DNA of 62,672 nucleotides, filler included. It is 8 parts of 8 records of this genome, joined end to end, with 100 filler letters (N's around TTAATTAATTAA, not from the genome) between each part and the next. Parts side by side here need not be neighbours in the genome. Positions count along the whole stretch, not along the records: positions 43,299 to 51,585 come from SRR31147125_6786; positions 51,686 to 56,690 come from SRR31147125_6795; 6 more parts are not named here. The stretch is one strand, 5' to 3'. Positions 44,989 through 53,252 of this stretch are shown here, piece by piece. How positions within the stretch are numbered: the first letter of the stretch is position 1; each line of letters opens with the position of its first letter. The notes under the pieces were generated by a model. That model saw only the letters and a program-made list of their open reading frames with translations, searched no databases and was not told the DNA's origin. Both the position numbers and the translations under genes were made by a program.

Positions 44989-45070
44989 GTCATTGCGAAC
45001 CCTTCAGGGTGAAGCAATCCAGGGGTAACAATTGTTTTTTTCTGGATTGCCGCGCTCCGCTTGCAATGAC
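44989..45070. repeat. Palindromic repeat element (GTCATTGCGA...GCAATGAC type, REP/RPE-like)
   Basis: Terminal inverted repeat GTCATTGC/GCAATGAC and inner GCAATCCAG/CTGGATTGC. A second, truncated copy starts at 51557. Confidence 0.75.
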
Positions 45071-45131
45071 GAGACTTATGATTAATTGTGTTTACTTTGA
45101 TGTTTCTGTAAAATCAATTTTCCAAGAATGC

Positions 45132-45752
45132 TTAAGGTTTCTCAAACAAAGGTCCTCTAATCCCAAAAAAAGGATATATCAACTGACTATATTCTTTGTC
45201 ATAGAGAAAGAGGGGCTGGTAATCACCTGTCTCATATACTCTACTAACAGGCATTACTCTTACAGAAGTCTCAAGAATGCTTGCCCAAGTAGATGAGGCA
45301 AAGAGTCCCAGAAAGCCAGTGATAGATCTTAGAGCCATTGGAGCTAGCGAGGCCGCAGCTGTGAACAGTGGCGCATCACTTTTTTTCACTTCATGACATG
45401 TCTCAAAGGCTTCAAACCATTTTGAGTCCTCAATCCACCACAAAAATTTCCAGCCATTTGGGTCCAGTTTGGTTATGGCTTGATGTGCTTTTCTGGGAGA
45501 TATATTTTTTCTTTGAGGTGCTACATAATGATCCACTTGCTTATAGGCTCTAAGATTGTGTCCATTAGTTTCAAAATCAATTTTTCCATCACAGTTTACA
45601 TCAATAGCATAAACGCCTTTAGCATCTGGATGACCGTACACACCGAGGTTTCCATTTAGATGAAATGTATGAACAGGTTTATCTGTCTTAAAGTGATTCA
45701 ATGCCCACTCTGAGGCATGACATATCTTTGTATAAAATTGAGGTTGTGTCAT
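45132..45752 (-). CDS. Hypothetical protein with a DxNCDG (EF-hand-loop-like) motif
   Basis: 206-aa ORF with DVNCDGKIDFE and a hydrophobic segment near the C-terminus. Confidence 0.6.
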   Translation of the reverse strand: MTQPQFYTKICHASEWALNHFKTDKPVHTFHLNGNLGVYGHPDAKGVYAIDVNCDGKIDFETNGHNLRAYKQVDHYVAPQRKNISPRKAHQAITKLDPNGWKFLWWIEDSKWFEAFETCHEVKKSDAPLFTAAASLAPMALRSITGFLGLFASSTWASILETSVRVMPVSRVYETGDYQPLFLYDKEYSQLIYPFFGIRGPLFEKP

Positions 45753-45792
45753 TGATTTCCCTGTTATTAGTTGAGATCAAGTTTTGTCTGAA

Positions 45793-46665
45793 CTATTCTG
45801 TTTCTTCGAACTTAATCCAGTTAGAATTTACGTATGAATAGTCAATGTCACCTTTATACAACCTATTAATTACTAAGTTTGCACCATCTACAATCCCAAT
45901 GGCGGTTGTGTTCTCTACTTCATGAAGGCCTTGCTTAGATTCTTCTGTAAATGGAAAGCTGTTGGCATAACTTAATATCTCACCAAGTTTGTATAGCATC
46001 TCTTTGATAGGGGTTTTGAGTGGAGGAAATGTCTTTGTAATATCAAACCAGTAATCGACGTATGCTGTGTTGACAAAATCAGGTGCATTACAACTCTCAC
46101 GTCTTCGATACCATGATGTTTCTGTGATTTGAGTATTTTTAAAATAATGAAAATAGGTTAGGGCGCGGCGGATATCAAATGCAAAAAAGTTTGCATTTTC
46201 CCCAAATTTTCTTTCTATAGTTTGCCAACTCGAAGCTGAATATTTATTTCTATCTGTCTTGGGTATTTTTTTAAGCCAAATAGTTGCATCATATGCGTCA
46301 TTTACAGCTCCTACTGCGAACTCTAATGTAATTAAGTCTAACTGCTTAATAGTATGATTTACTCCGTTATATCTGAGAGCGTTTATGTAGACATTGATGG
46401 GTGTGTCTGAAAAAAAGGAGTCATCTCGGTCCAGTCGATGATCACAGTTACGATCATAATAATTCCAAAGAGTAGATTGGACTCTTCCATTATTGACTGG
46501 TATTGTAAGTCTACCAGTCCGAACATAGTGTGTCCCCGGGATTTCATCAGGAAATCTCTCAGAACAGTTTGTCGGTGAAGCATCAGGTTGTTGCAGTTGA
46601 TTAGCTTTCGGAATATTTACAAAGCGTTCCATCGCGTTTTGAATAGATTGAAAAATTGTGGCCAT
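45793..46665 (-). CDS. Hypothetical protein, paralog of 46749-47780
   Basis: SD AAGGAG. Shares PTNCSER.P..IPGTHYV..G.LT.P.N.GR.Q.TLW..YD.NCD with its neighbour. Confidence 0.75.
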   Translation of the reverse strand: MATIFQSIQNAMERFVNIPKANQLQQPDASPTNCSERFPDEIPGTHYVRTGRLTIPVNNGRVQSTLWNYYDRNCDHRLDRDDSFFSDTPINVYINALRYNGVNHTIKQLDLITLEFAVGAVNDAYDATIWLKKIPKTDRNKYSASSWQTIERKFGENANFFAFDIRRALTYFHYFKNTQITETSWYRRRESCNAPDFVNTAYVDYWFDITKTFPPLKTPIKEMLYKLGEILSYANSFPFTEESKQGLHEVENTTAIGIVDGANLVINRLYKGDIDYSYVNSNWIKFEETE

Positions 46666-46689
46666 AAAAACTCCTTATCTCCAGTCCTG

Positions 46690-46701
46690 ATCGAGTGGGA
46701 G
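46690..46701 (+). repeat. Direct repeat of the guaA 3' end (att-like)
   Basis: ATCGAGTGGGAG is identical to 44910-44921. Confidence 0.55.
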
Positions 46702-46748
46702 CAGGGAATGTTAAATATCGTTCGAGTCAGTAGAGTGAGTTGAGAACA

Positions 46749-47780
46749 TCAAAGAATTTCAGGTTCACCCCGATTATTCATTAAATATAATAAGAGGGGT
46801 TCTCTATTTTTTGTTTCACTTTTTTCTACTGTTTCATCTTCATCATCTTCTACCAACTTAACCATGAAATCAGCATTAACATAGGACTCTGTGAGATATA
46901 GTCCTATTCTATTTTGTGAAACTTGTTCCCCGTCCACAATACCAACGGAGTCTGTTAATATGCTTGGTAAGGGATGTTCTGATTCATCGGTTTCGGGGCA
47001 CTGCCTCCCAGAGCATTCAATTTCCGAATACTTAGTGAATTCAGCTATTTCACCTGTTCTATAGGCTAGAGCTTTTATAATTGGTTTTAGAGATGGAAGA
47101 GTTTCTGATATGTCTATCCAATGGTCGACAGCTGTTATAAGACAGCTGTTGTCATCAAAACATTGACGATGATAATAGTAGGAATAGACTACGCTAGATG
47201 AGTAGAAGGCAAAATTAAAAAAGTTAATAATTGCTTCGTTTGTTCTCTTGGGATACTTCTCAGCGCCCGTTCCCAAATTTTCTTCAATTGTTTTCCATGA
47301 GTTTGCTGAGTATTCTCTACAGCACGAAATCCAATCACAATTAGTCCCTAAGCTTGGAATTGCTTTTAACCATTCAACAGTTTTATAAGCTTTATCAACT
47401 GCTACAATAGCTGATTCAAGAAGAAGGAGATCGAGTTGTGTAGTTGTAAAATCTAAACTGTTGTTTCTCAGTTGCTCAACCAAGATTGTAGCAATTGCGT
47501 TATCTGAATAATATTTTTTTGCTTCATGATTAGACAATACTCCATCACAGTTATGATCATAGCTCTCCCAAAGTGTAGTCTGAATTCGCCCATCATTAAT
47601 TGGGACAGTGAGTTTGCCAATCTGAACATAATGAGTCCCAGGAATCTTTTCAGGATATCTCTCAGAACAGTTTGTTGGCTTTGTAGGAATCTGAAGGCCA
47701 CTATTTATCGTTGCCAAACATTCTCTATTCGCTGTATTTGCAGCCACTGCATTTTCAACAAAATTAAAAATCGAAACCAT
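46749..47780 (-). CDS. Cys-rich hypothetical protein, paralog of 45793-46665
   Basis: SD AAAGGAG before ATG 47780. Shared blocks include QLDL..LE.A..AV..AY....WLK.IP, YSA.SW.TIE and GIVDG. Confidence 0.75.
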   Translation of the reverse strand: MVSIFNFVENAVAANTANRECLATINSGLQIPTKPTNCSERYPEKIPGTHYVQIGKLTVPINDGRIQTTLWESYDHNCDGVLSNHEAKKYYSDNAIATILVEQLRNNSLDFTTTQLDLLLLESAIVAVDKAYKTVEWLKAIPSLGTNCDWISCCREYSANSWKTIEENLGTGAEKYPKRTNEAIINFFNFAFYSSSVVYSYYYHRQCFDDNSCLITAVDHWIDISETLPSLKPIIKALAYRTGEIAEFTKYSEIECSGRQCPETDESEHPLPSILTDSVGIVDGEQVSQNRIGLYLTESYVNADFMVKLVEDDEDETVEKSETKNREPLLLYLMNNRGEPEIL

Positions 47781-47891
47781 AAGAACTCCTTTCAATTGGT
47801 TCAGATATATATCGATTTTTTGGCCTATTTGTTGTTGGTAATATTAAAAGAAGGACGAAAATCGTTTACATCTGTAAACGACTTAAAATCG

Positions 47892-47921
47892 TTGACACTG
47901 CTGCCTTTAAGTACTTATATA
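47892..47921 (+). promoter_or_regulatory. Sigma70-type promoter of dnaE
   Basis: TTGACA-N18-TATATA, 60 nt upstream of the ATG. Confidence 0.45.
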
Positions 47922-47981
47922 GCGTTCACAAAATTGACCCAAAAATACTAATTAAATAACGCTTATATAAGGTTTTGATAT

Positions 47982-50900
47982 ATGCATCATGCAAACTTCG
48001 TCCATCTTCATGTTCACTCATACTACAGCCTTTTAGATGGTGCGATCCCAATTAAAAAATTAGCCCAAGTCTCTAAAGATCAGAAATTGCCTGCTGTTGC
48101 TCTGACTGACCATGGAAATATGTTTGGCGCTGTTGAGTTTTTCAAAGCAGCTTCTGCTCAGGGCGTTAAACCTATAATTGGATGTGAATTATACGTCAGG
48201 ACCAAAGGTTCAAGGCTTGAGAAGAGTATAAAGAGAGATGGTAGTTTTCTCTCTCACCTGGTCGCTCTGGTAAAAAATCAGAAGGGTTATCAGAATTTAT
48301 GCCGTCTAATTTCTTCAAGTTACCTCGAAGGATTCTACTATAAGCCCCGAATAGATAAAGAGATTTTGGAACAACACTCTGAGGGACTGATTTTTCTCTC
48401 AGCTTGTCTCAAAGGCGAGGTCGCAGGCCTTTTAATGGACGGTCGAGACAAAGAGGCTGAGGAATCTGCTATATGGTATTCAAAAACTCTTGGGCCGGAT
48501 AATTACTATTTGGAGTTGATGGACCATGGTCTTCCTGAACAGGCCAAGGTCAATCCCAAGCTAATCGAATTGGGTAATAAATTAGGTATTCCTCTCGTTG
48601 CAACAAATGATTGTCACTTCGTTGAGCCGAGTGATTTAGAAGCGCACGAGGCACTTCTCTGTATTCAGACAGGAAAAGTTCTACAAGATGAGAACCGAAT
48701 GCGTTTTGATAGTGATAAGTTCTATCTGAGAACCCCAGAGGAGATGACTGAGCTTTTTAGTCACGTCCCTGAGGCAATAAGTAATACAGTTGCTATTGCT
48801 GAGCGTTGTAATTTCGAATTCGATTTTAAAACCTATCACTTTCCAAAGTTTCAACCTCCCGAGGGTACGGATCTTCCAACTCACTTGACCAATAAAACCT
48901 ATGAAGGTTTTGAAAAGCGCAAAAGGTTAATCAAAGCTTTTTATGGAGATGATTATACTGAAGATCTTCAGTCGAAATATTTAGCACGCATTGAAGAAGA
49001 GCTAAAGATTATTAAGTCGATGGGGTTTTCAGGCTACTTCTTGATCGTTGCTGACTTTATTGAACACGCAAAAGCCGATGGGGTCTCGGTTGGCCCCGGA
49101 CGTGGTTCTGCTGCGGGTTCTCTTGTCGCTTATTCGTTGGGGATTACAGATATCGATCCGATTCCTTATAACTTGCTCTTTGAGCGTTTCTTGAACCCAG
49201 AACGTGTCAGCATGCCTGATGTTGATATCGATTTTTGTATTCGTAAACGTGATAAAGTTATCGAGTATGTTTCAAAAAAATATGGAAATGTTTCTCAGAT
49301 TATAACCTTCGGAACTATGAAGGCTAAAGCTGTTGTTCGTGATGTTGGTCGTGTCATGAGCTTGCCTTACGGTGACGTTGATAAGATAGCGAAGCTGATT
49401 CCAACGACTCTCGGTATCACTCTGAAAGAAGCTCTGGAAGTTGAACCGAAGTTGCAGAGTCTTGTTGATAGTGATCCCCAGGTGAGTAAGTTGATTGATG
49501 TTGCAATGAGGCTTGAAGGATTTCCAAGACACGCTTCAACTCATGCAGCTGGCGTTGTTATGTCTGATCAGCCGCTTGTAAATTTTCTCCCTCTCTATAA
49601 GGGTCAAAAAGACGAGGTCGTAACTCAATTCGACATGAAGTGTGTTGAGAGTATTGGGTTGATCAAGTTTGACTTTCTTGGCCTAAAGACGCTGACGTTA
49701 ATTGAAGACACGCTCAACATCATCGAGAAGACGAGGGGAGAAAAGATAGATATAGATTCAATCTCTCTTTCAGATTCAGCTGTCTATGATCAACTATCAG
49801 GTGGAGATACAAAGGGTATTTTCCAGCTTGAAAGCTCAGGTATGACCGACTTGATTGTGAAGCTCAAGCCTTCCACCTTTGAAGAGATTGTTGCTCTTGT
49901 TGCTCTCTTTAGACCGGGTCCTCTTGGTTCTGGGATGGTCGATGATTTTATTGATCGTAAGCATGGAAGAAAAGAGATCAAGTATGAATTGCCAATTCTT
50001 GAGTCTATTCTAAAAGATACATACGGTGTTATCATCTATCAGGAACAGGTAATGCAGATTGCTTCTGCTCTTGCTAGTTTTACGCTTGGTGATGCTGATA
50101 TCTTGCGTCGAGCAATGGGTAAGAAAAAGCCTGAAGAGATGGCTAAGCAAAGGGAGAAGTTCTTAAAAGGGTCAGATGATAATAAGATCCCACATGCGAA
50201 GGCAGAACGTATATTCGACTTAATGGCAGAGTTCGCGGGTTACGGTTTTAATAAGAGTCACTCAGCCGCCTACGCTCTAGTTTCATATAGAACGGCATAT
50301 CTCAAGACACACTATCTAACCGAATTTATGGCGGCTCTGCTCACCAACGAAATGGGCAATACCGATAAGATCCTAGAATATATGAACGATTGTAAGGATC
50401 ATGGTATTCAGATTTTGCCGCCAGATATCAACGAAAGTTTTGTTAATTTCACCGTTGTTAAAGATAAGGTGATCCGCTTTGGTTTGGCTGCTGTAAAGAA
50501 TGTTGGAACTAGTGCAATTGAATCTATAGTCGCATGTAAAAAAGAGGATGGGCCATTTAAGTCCTTGTCAAATTTTTGTGATCGAGTTGATTCGAAGAAG
50601 GTGAATAAGAGAGTCATGGAAAGTTTAGTTAAGTGTGGAGCAATGGACTCTTTTAACAATAACAGGGCAGAGCTGTTTGCTAATCTTGAAATTGCAATGA
50701 GTTATGGGGCTTCAAGGCAGAAAGAGCGCGAAGCTGGACAGACTTCAATGTTCGATATGATGAGCTCCGGTGATTCTTCTGAGAATGATGAAATGATAAC
50801 CATGGAAAAAGATGTTACTCCGTGGAGCGAGCATGAGATTTTGAAGAATGAAAAAGAAGCTCTTGGTTTTTATCTTACCGGTCATCCTCTGGCGCAGTAT

Positions 50901-51542
50901 GAGAAGTTGGTTTCGCAGTATACTCCAGATACCATTAAGTCGATTGGTGAATTAAAGCAGAAGATAGAAGTTAGATTTGCTGGTGTTGTTGCTGGTATGA
51001 AAGAGATAATGACCAAGAAGGGCGAAAAGATGGCTTTTGTTGTTTTGGAGGATCTGACTTCAACGATTGAGGCAATCTCCTTTTCCGATTCGTATCAGAA
51101 ATTCCAGACGTTGCTTAAGGGCGATCAGCCACTCTTTATTATTGCAAATAGTGAGATTGGTGAGGAATCTGTAAAGGTAATTATTCAAGATGTCTTTGAT
51201 ATCTCTGAGCTCCCCACGAGACTTACAAAGAGTGTTCACTTTCATCTAAGTGCTATAGAAACAAGTACGAAACATCTAAATCAGCTAAAGTCAATACTTG
51301 CGGCATATCCTGGTGAATGTACATCCTACATCCATATATCTATTCCAAATAAGTCTGAAACAGTTATGGAGTTGCCCAAAAATCTGCACGTTGCGCCAAA
51401 TTTAGAGATGGTAAAAACAGTAGAAAAAATATTTGGTCATAATGTAACTAGATTTAAGTCAACAGACAGAAAACCCGTAAAAGAGAATAGATGGGCAAGG
51501 AAAAAAGGAAATGGTAACGGCGCCCAGAATGGCGCAGGATAG
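47982..51542 (+). CDS. dnaE: DNA polymerase III alpha subunit
   Basis: FVHLHVHSYYSLLDGA (PHP domain), GPGRGSAAGSLVAY, FERFLNPERVSMPDVDIDF, YGFNKSHS. Confidence 0.98.
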   Translation: MHHANFVHLHVHSYYSLLDGAIPIKKLAQVSKDQKLPAVALTDHGNMFGAVEFFKAASAQGVKPIIGCELYVRTKGSRLEKSIKRDGSFLSHLVALVKNQKGYQNLCRLISSSYLEGFYYKPRIDKEILEQHSEGLIFLSACLKGEVAGLLMDGRDKEAEESAIWYSKTLGPDNYYLELMDHGLPEQAKVNPKLIELGNKLGIPLVATNDCHFVEPSDLEAHEALLCIQTGKVLQDENRMRFDSDKFYLRTPEEMTELFSHVPEAISNTVAIAERCNFEFDFKTYHFPKFQPPEGTDLPTHLTNKTYEGFEKRKRLIKAFYGDDYTEDLQSKYLARIEEELKIIKSMGFSGYFLIVADFIEHAKADGVSVGPGRGSAAGSLVAYSLGITDIDPIPYNLLFERFLNPERVSMPDVDIDFCIRKRDKVIEYVSKKYGNVSQIITFGTMKAKAVVRDVGRVMSLPYGDVDKIAKLIPTTLGITLKEALEVEPKLQSLVDSDPQVSKLIDVAMRLEGFPRHASTHAAGVVMSDQPLVNFLPLYKGQKDEVVTQFDMKCVESIGLIKFDFLGLKTLTLIEDTLNIIEKTRGEKIDIDSISLSDSAVYDQLSGGDTKGIFQLESSGMTDLIVKLKPSTFEEIVALVALFRPGPLGSGMVDDFIDRKHGRKEIKYELPILESILKDTYGVIIYQEQVMQIASALASFTLGDADILRRAMGKKKPEEMAKQREKFLKGSDDNKIPHAKAERIFDLMAEFAGYGFNKSHSAAYALVSYRTAYLKTHYLTEFMAALLTNEMGNTDKILEYMNDCKDHGIQILPPDINESFVNFTVVKDKVIRFGLAAVKNVGTSAIESIVACKKEDGPFKSLSNFCDRVDSKKVNKRVMESLVKCGAMDSFNNNRAELFANLEIAMSYGASRQKEREAGQTSMFDMMSSGDSSENDEMITMEKDVTPWSEHEILKNEKEALGFYLTGHPLAQYEKLVSQYTPDTIKSIGELKQKIEVRFAGVVAGMKEIMTKKGEKMAFVVLEDLTSTIEAISFSDSYQKFQTLLKGDQPLFIIANSEIGEESVKVIIQDVFDISELPTRLTKSVHFHLSAIETSTKHLNQLKSILAAYPGECTSYIHISIPNKSETVMELPKNLHVAPNLEMVKTVEKIFGHNVTRFKSTDRKPVKENRWARKKGNGNGAQNGAG

Positions 51543-51556
51543 AGGATAGCAGCGTT

Positions 51557-51585
51557 GTCATTGCGAGGAGTCTGTAAGACGACGC
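51557..51585 (+). repeat. Truncated copy of the GTCATTGCGA palindromic element
   Basis: GTCATTGCGAGGAG... runs into the contig end; same 5' end as the copy at 44989. Confidence 0.6.
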
Positions 51586-51685
51586 NNNNNNNNNNNNNNN
51601 NNNNNNNNNNNNNNNNNNNNNNNNNNNNNTTAATTAATTAANNNNNNNNNNNNNNNNNNNNNNNNNNNNNNNNNNNNNNNNNNNN
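51586..51685. other. Artificial contig spacer
   Basis: N44-TTAATTAATTAA-N44. Confidence 0.98.
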
Positions 51686-52177
51686 TGTCATTCCTTTAGC
51701 GGGCAGGTAGTGGGATTGAACAGGTATTATAACGCTATCCGATGCAACGAGGGAATTGATGGTCATCATACCAAGCGACGGCATACAATCAATCAATATG
51801 AAATCATAGCTATCCTTAACTGAATTGAGATAATTTCTAAGAACAATCTCCCTGCTCATAGTATTTACAAGCGATACTTCCATAGCCGACAATTCAATGT
51901 TTGCAGGCATTAGGTCAACACCTTCATCGTGGTGCAGGATTCCTTCACTTGGCTCAATCGGTTCATCTAAAATTGTTTTTGTCATAACGGCAGCAAGGGA
52001 TACAGGTAGCTTATCCGGTTCATTCCATCCGAGACTGTCAGTTAAGTTTCCCTGAGCGTCCGCATCAACGAGTAGAACTTTATTTCCTTTGCGTGCTAAA
52101 CCAATACCAAGATTTACGGCTGTTGTTGTTTTTCCGACACCACCTTTTTGATTTGCTAATGCAATTACTTTAGTCAT
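51686..52177 (-). CDS. parA: ParA/Soj family ATPase (3'-truncated)
   Basis: NQKGGVGKTTT, LLVDADAQGN, ILIDCMPSLG. Confidence 0.92.
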
Positions 52178-52278
52178 TTTATTTCCCTCCTTAAAGAACT
52201 AAAAAAAATAGACTATACTCTAGCCCATTTGGATTTTTAAGATACTATTATGATAAGGCGATTCAGGAACCCGAAAAT

Positions 52279-52770
52279 TTATTCTATAAGTTTGTACTTT
52301 TTGATATTAAGTTCTGCGTTTATATCCTCCTCGATAATTTCATATTCACAAAGCAACTCAATAAAGTCTTGGATGACTTCAAATATGTAATTACGGAAGG
52401 CTTCTTTATGTGCACTAAGCAATTGGATATCACCTGATAAATCAAGGTCACACATACCATGTATAAGCACAAAATACATGTATAGGGCTTCGTGATTATT
52501 TTGATCGTATAACGTATTTAAGTTATGGAAGATTGCGAAAATCCGCTTATTCTTATCTTCAAAGATTTCAAAATAATCATAGATTGCATGAAACAAATCA
52601 TATGTAAAAACTCCGGATAGTATATTGATCTGATTAAAATCTATTTTGCTTTCTGTGTCTAGATAACCTTTTGATTTCAGGTCACTCAGGTATTGTGTTT
52701 TATCATGACTTAAGATAACATTAAGCGCATTGAGCAAAGCGTAATCCGTATCAATTACTGTGTTATTCAT
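52279..52770 (-). CDS. Hypothetical protein
   Basis: SD AAAGGAG before ATG 52770. Helical and acidic, with no recognised motif. Confidence 0.6.
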   Translation of the reverse strand: MNNTVIDTDYALLNALNVILSHDKTQYLSDLKSKGYLDTESKIDFNQINILSGVFTYDLFHAIYDYFEIFEDKNKRIFAIFHNLNTLYDQNNHEALYMYFVLIHGMCDLDLSGDIQLLSAHKEAFRNYIFEVIQDFIELLCEYEIIEEDINAELNIKKYKLIE

Positions 52771-52822
52771 AGGATAATCTCCTTTATAAATGTTTATTAA
52801 TGGATATTTAACTAATATATTC

Positions 52823-52894
52823 TGACCCTTATTAGACACATTTTGACCCTTTAAATGACCCTTATTTAAGGGTTGACCCTTTAAAAGTACCCTT
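52823..52894 (+). repeat. Cluster of TGACCCTT direct repeats (putative integrase arm sites)
   Basis: TGACCCTT at 52823, 52844, 52856 and 52874, GTACCCTT at 52887, and one inverted copy near 52868. Confidence 0.7.
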
Positions 52895-52901
52895 AAACCG
52901 A

Positions 52902-52980
52902 TGATACTATTTGATACAGGTTAGTACGAAAAAGCCGATTAAACAGGCATTTTTGGTACTATTTTGTATTGAATGATACT
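52902..52980 (+). repeat. 10-bp-phased TGATACT-like repeats (putative excisionase sites)
   Basis: TGATACT 52902, TGATACA 52912, TAGTACG 52922, then TGGTACT 52954, TTGTATT 52964, TGATACT 52974. Confidence 0.55.
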
Positions 52981-52999
52981 GAATGAAAAGAGCAATTTT

Positions 53000-53047
53000 T
53001 CCATGGTAAGGATGGGGTCATCAGTTCAAATCTGATTAGCGGCTCCA
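53000..53047 (+). other. 3' fragment of tRNA-Thr(GGT), serving as an att core (not a complete tRNA)
   Basis: TCC-ATGGTAA-GGA anticodon arm, ATCAG-TTCAAAT-CTGAT T arm, TAGCGGC-T-CCA end. No complementary GCCGCTA 5' acceptor strand or D arm upstream. Confidence 0.85.
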
Positions 53048-53050
53048 TAG

Positions 53051-53086
53051 TCCGTTTAAACGTCGTTTAAGCGGATTTTTTATTTT
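53051..53086 (+). terminator. Intrinsic terminator after the tRNA fragment
   Basis: TCCGTTTAAACG / CGTTTAAGCGGA stem followed by T runs. Confidence 0.75.
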
Positions 53087-53167
53087 TGATTTGTTTGATA
53101 ATCATGCTGTTTTTGTGATTTACAGTGTAAAGCAAAATAGAGATTGATTTCTTTTTATCGGCATTTT

Positions 53168-53189
53168 TACCCCTACCGTACCCCTACCG
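53168..53189 (+). repeat. Tandem 11-bp repeat (putative integrase arm sites)
   Basis: TACCCCTACCG twice, between the att core and the integrase stop codon. Confidence 0.7.
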
Positions 53190-53252
53190 GTGGAGAAAAT
53201 AAAAAACACAGCGATAAACTGTGTTAAAATAGGCTGATTATATATGATTTTG

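Noticed and set aside
45009..45296. 95-aa plus-strand ORF after guaA
   Set aside because: It starts inside the palindromic repeat and overlaps a longer antisense gene, so it is likely spurious.
46712..47820. Sigma28-like CGATAT boxes upstream of both orphan paralogs
   Set aside because: Only partial -10 matches and no convincing -35 TAAA.
47982..51542. Intein or split in dnaE
   Set aside because: Length (1186 aa) and motif order are normal, with no intein signature seen.
52823..52980. Possible CRISPR array
   Set aside because: Repeats are only 7-8 nt with short irregular spacing, and no cas genes are present. No CRISPR array was seen anywhere in the window.
52970..53047. Complete tRNA-Thr gene
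   Set aside because: The 5' acceptor strand and D arm are absent, so it is reported as an att fragment.
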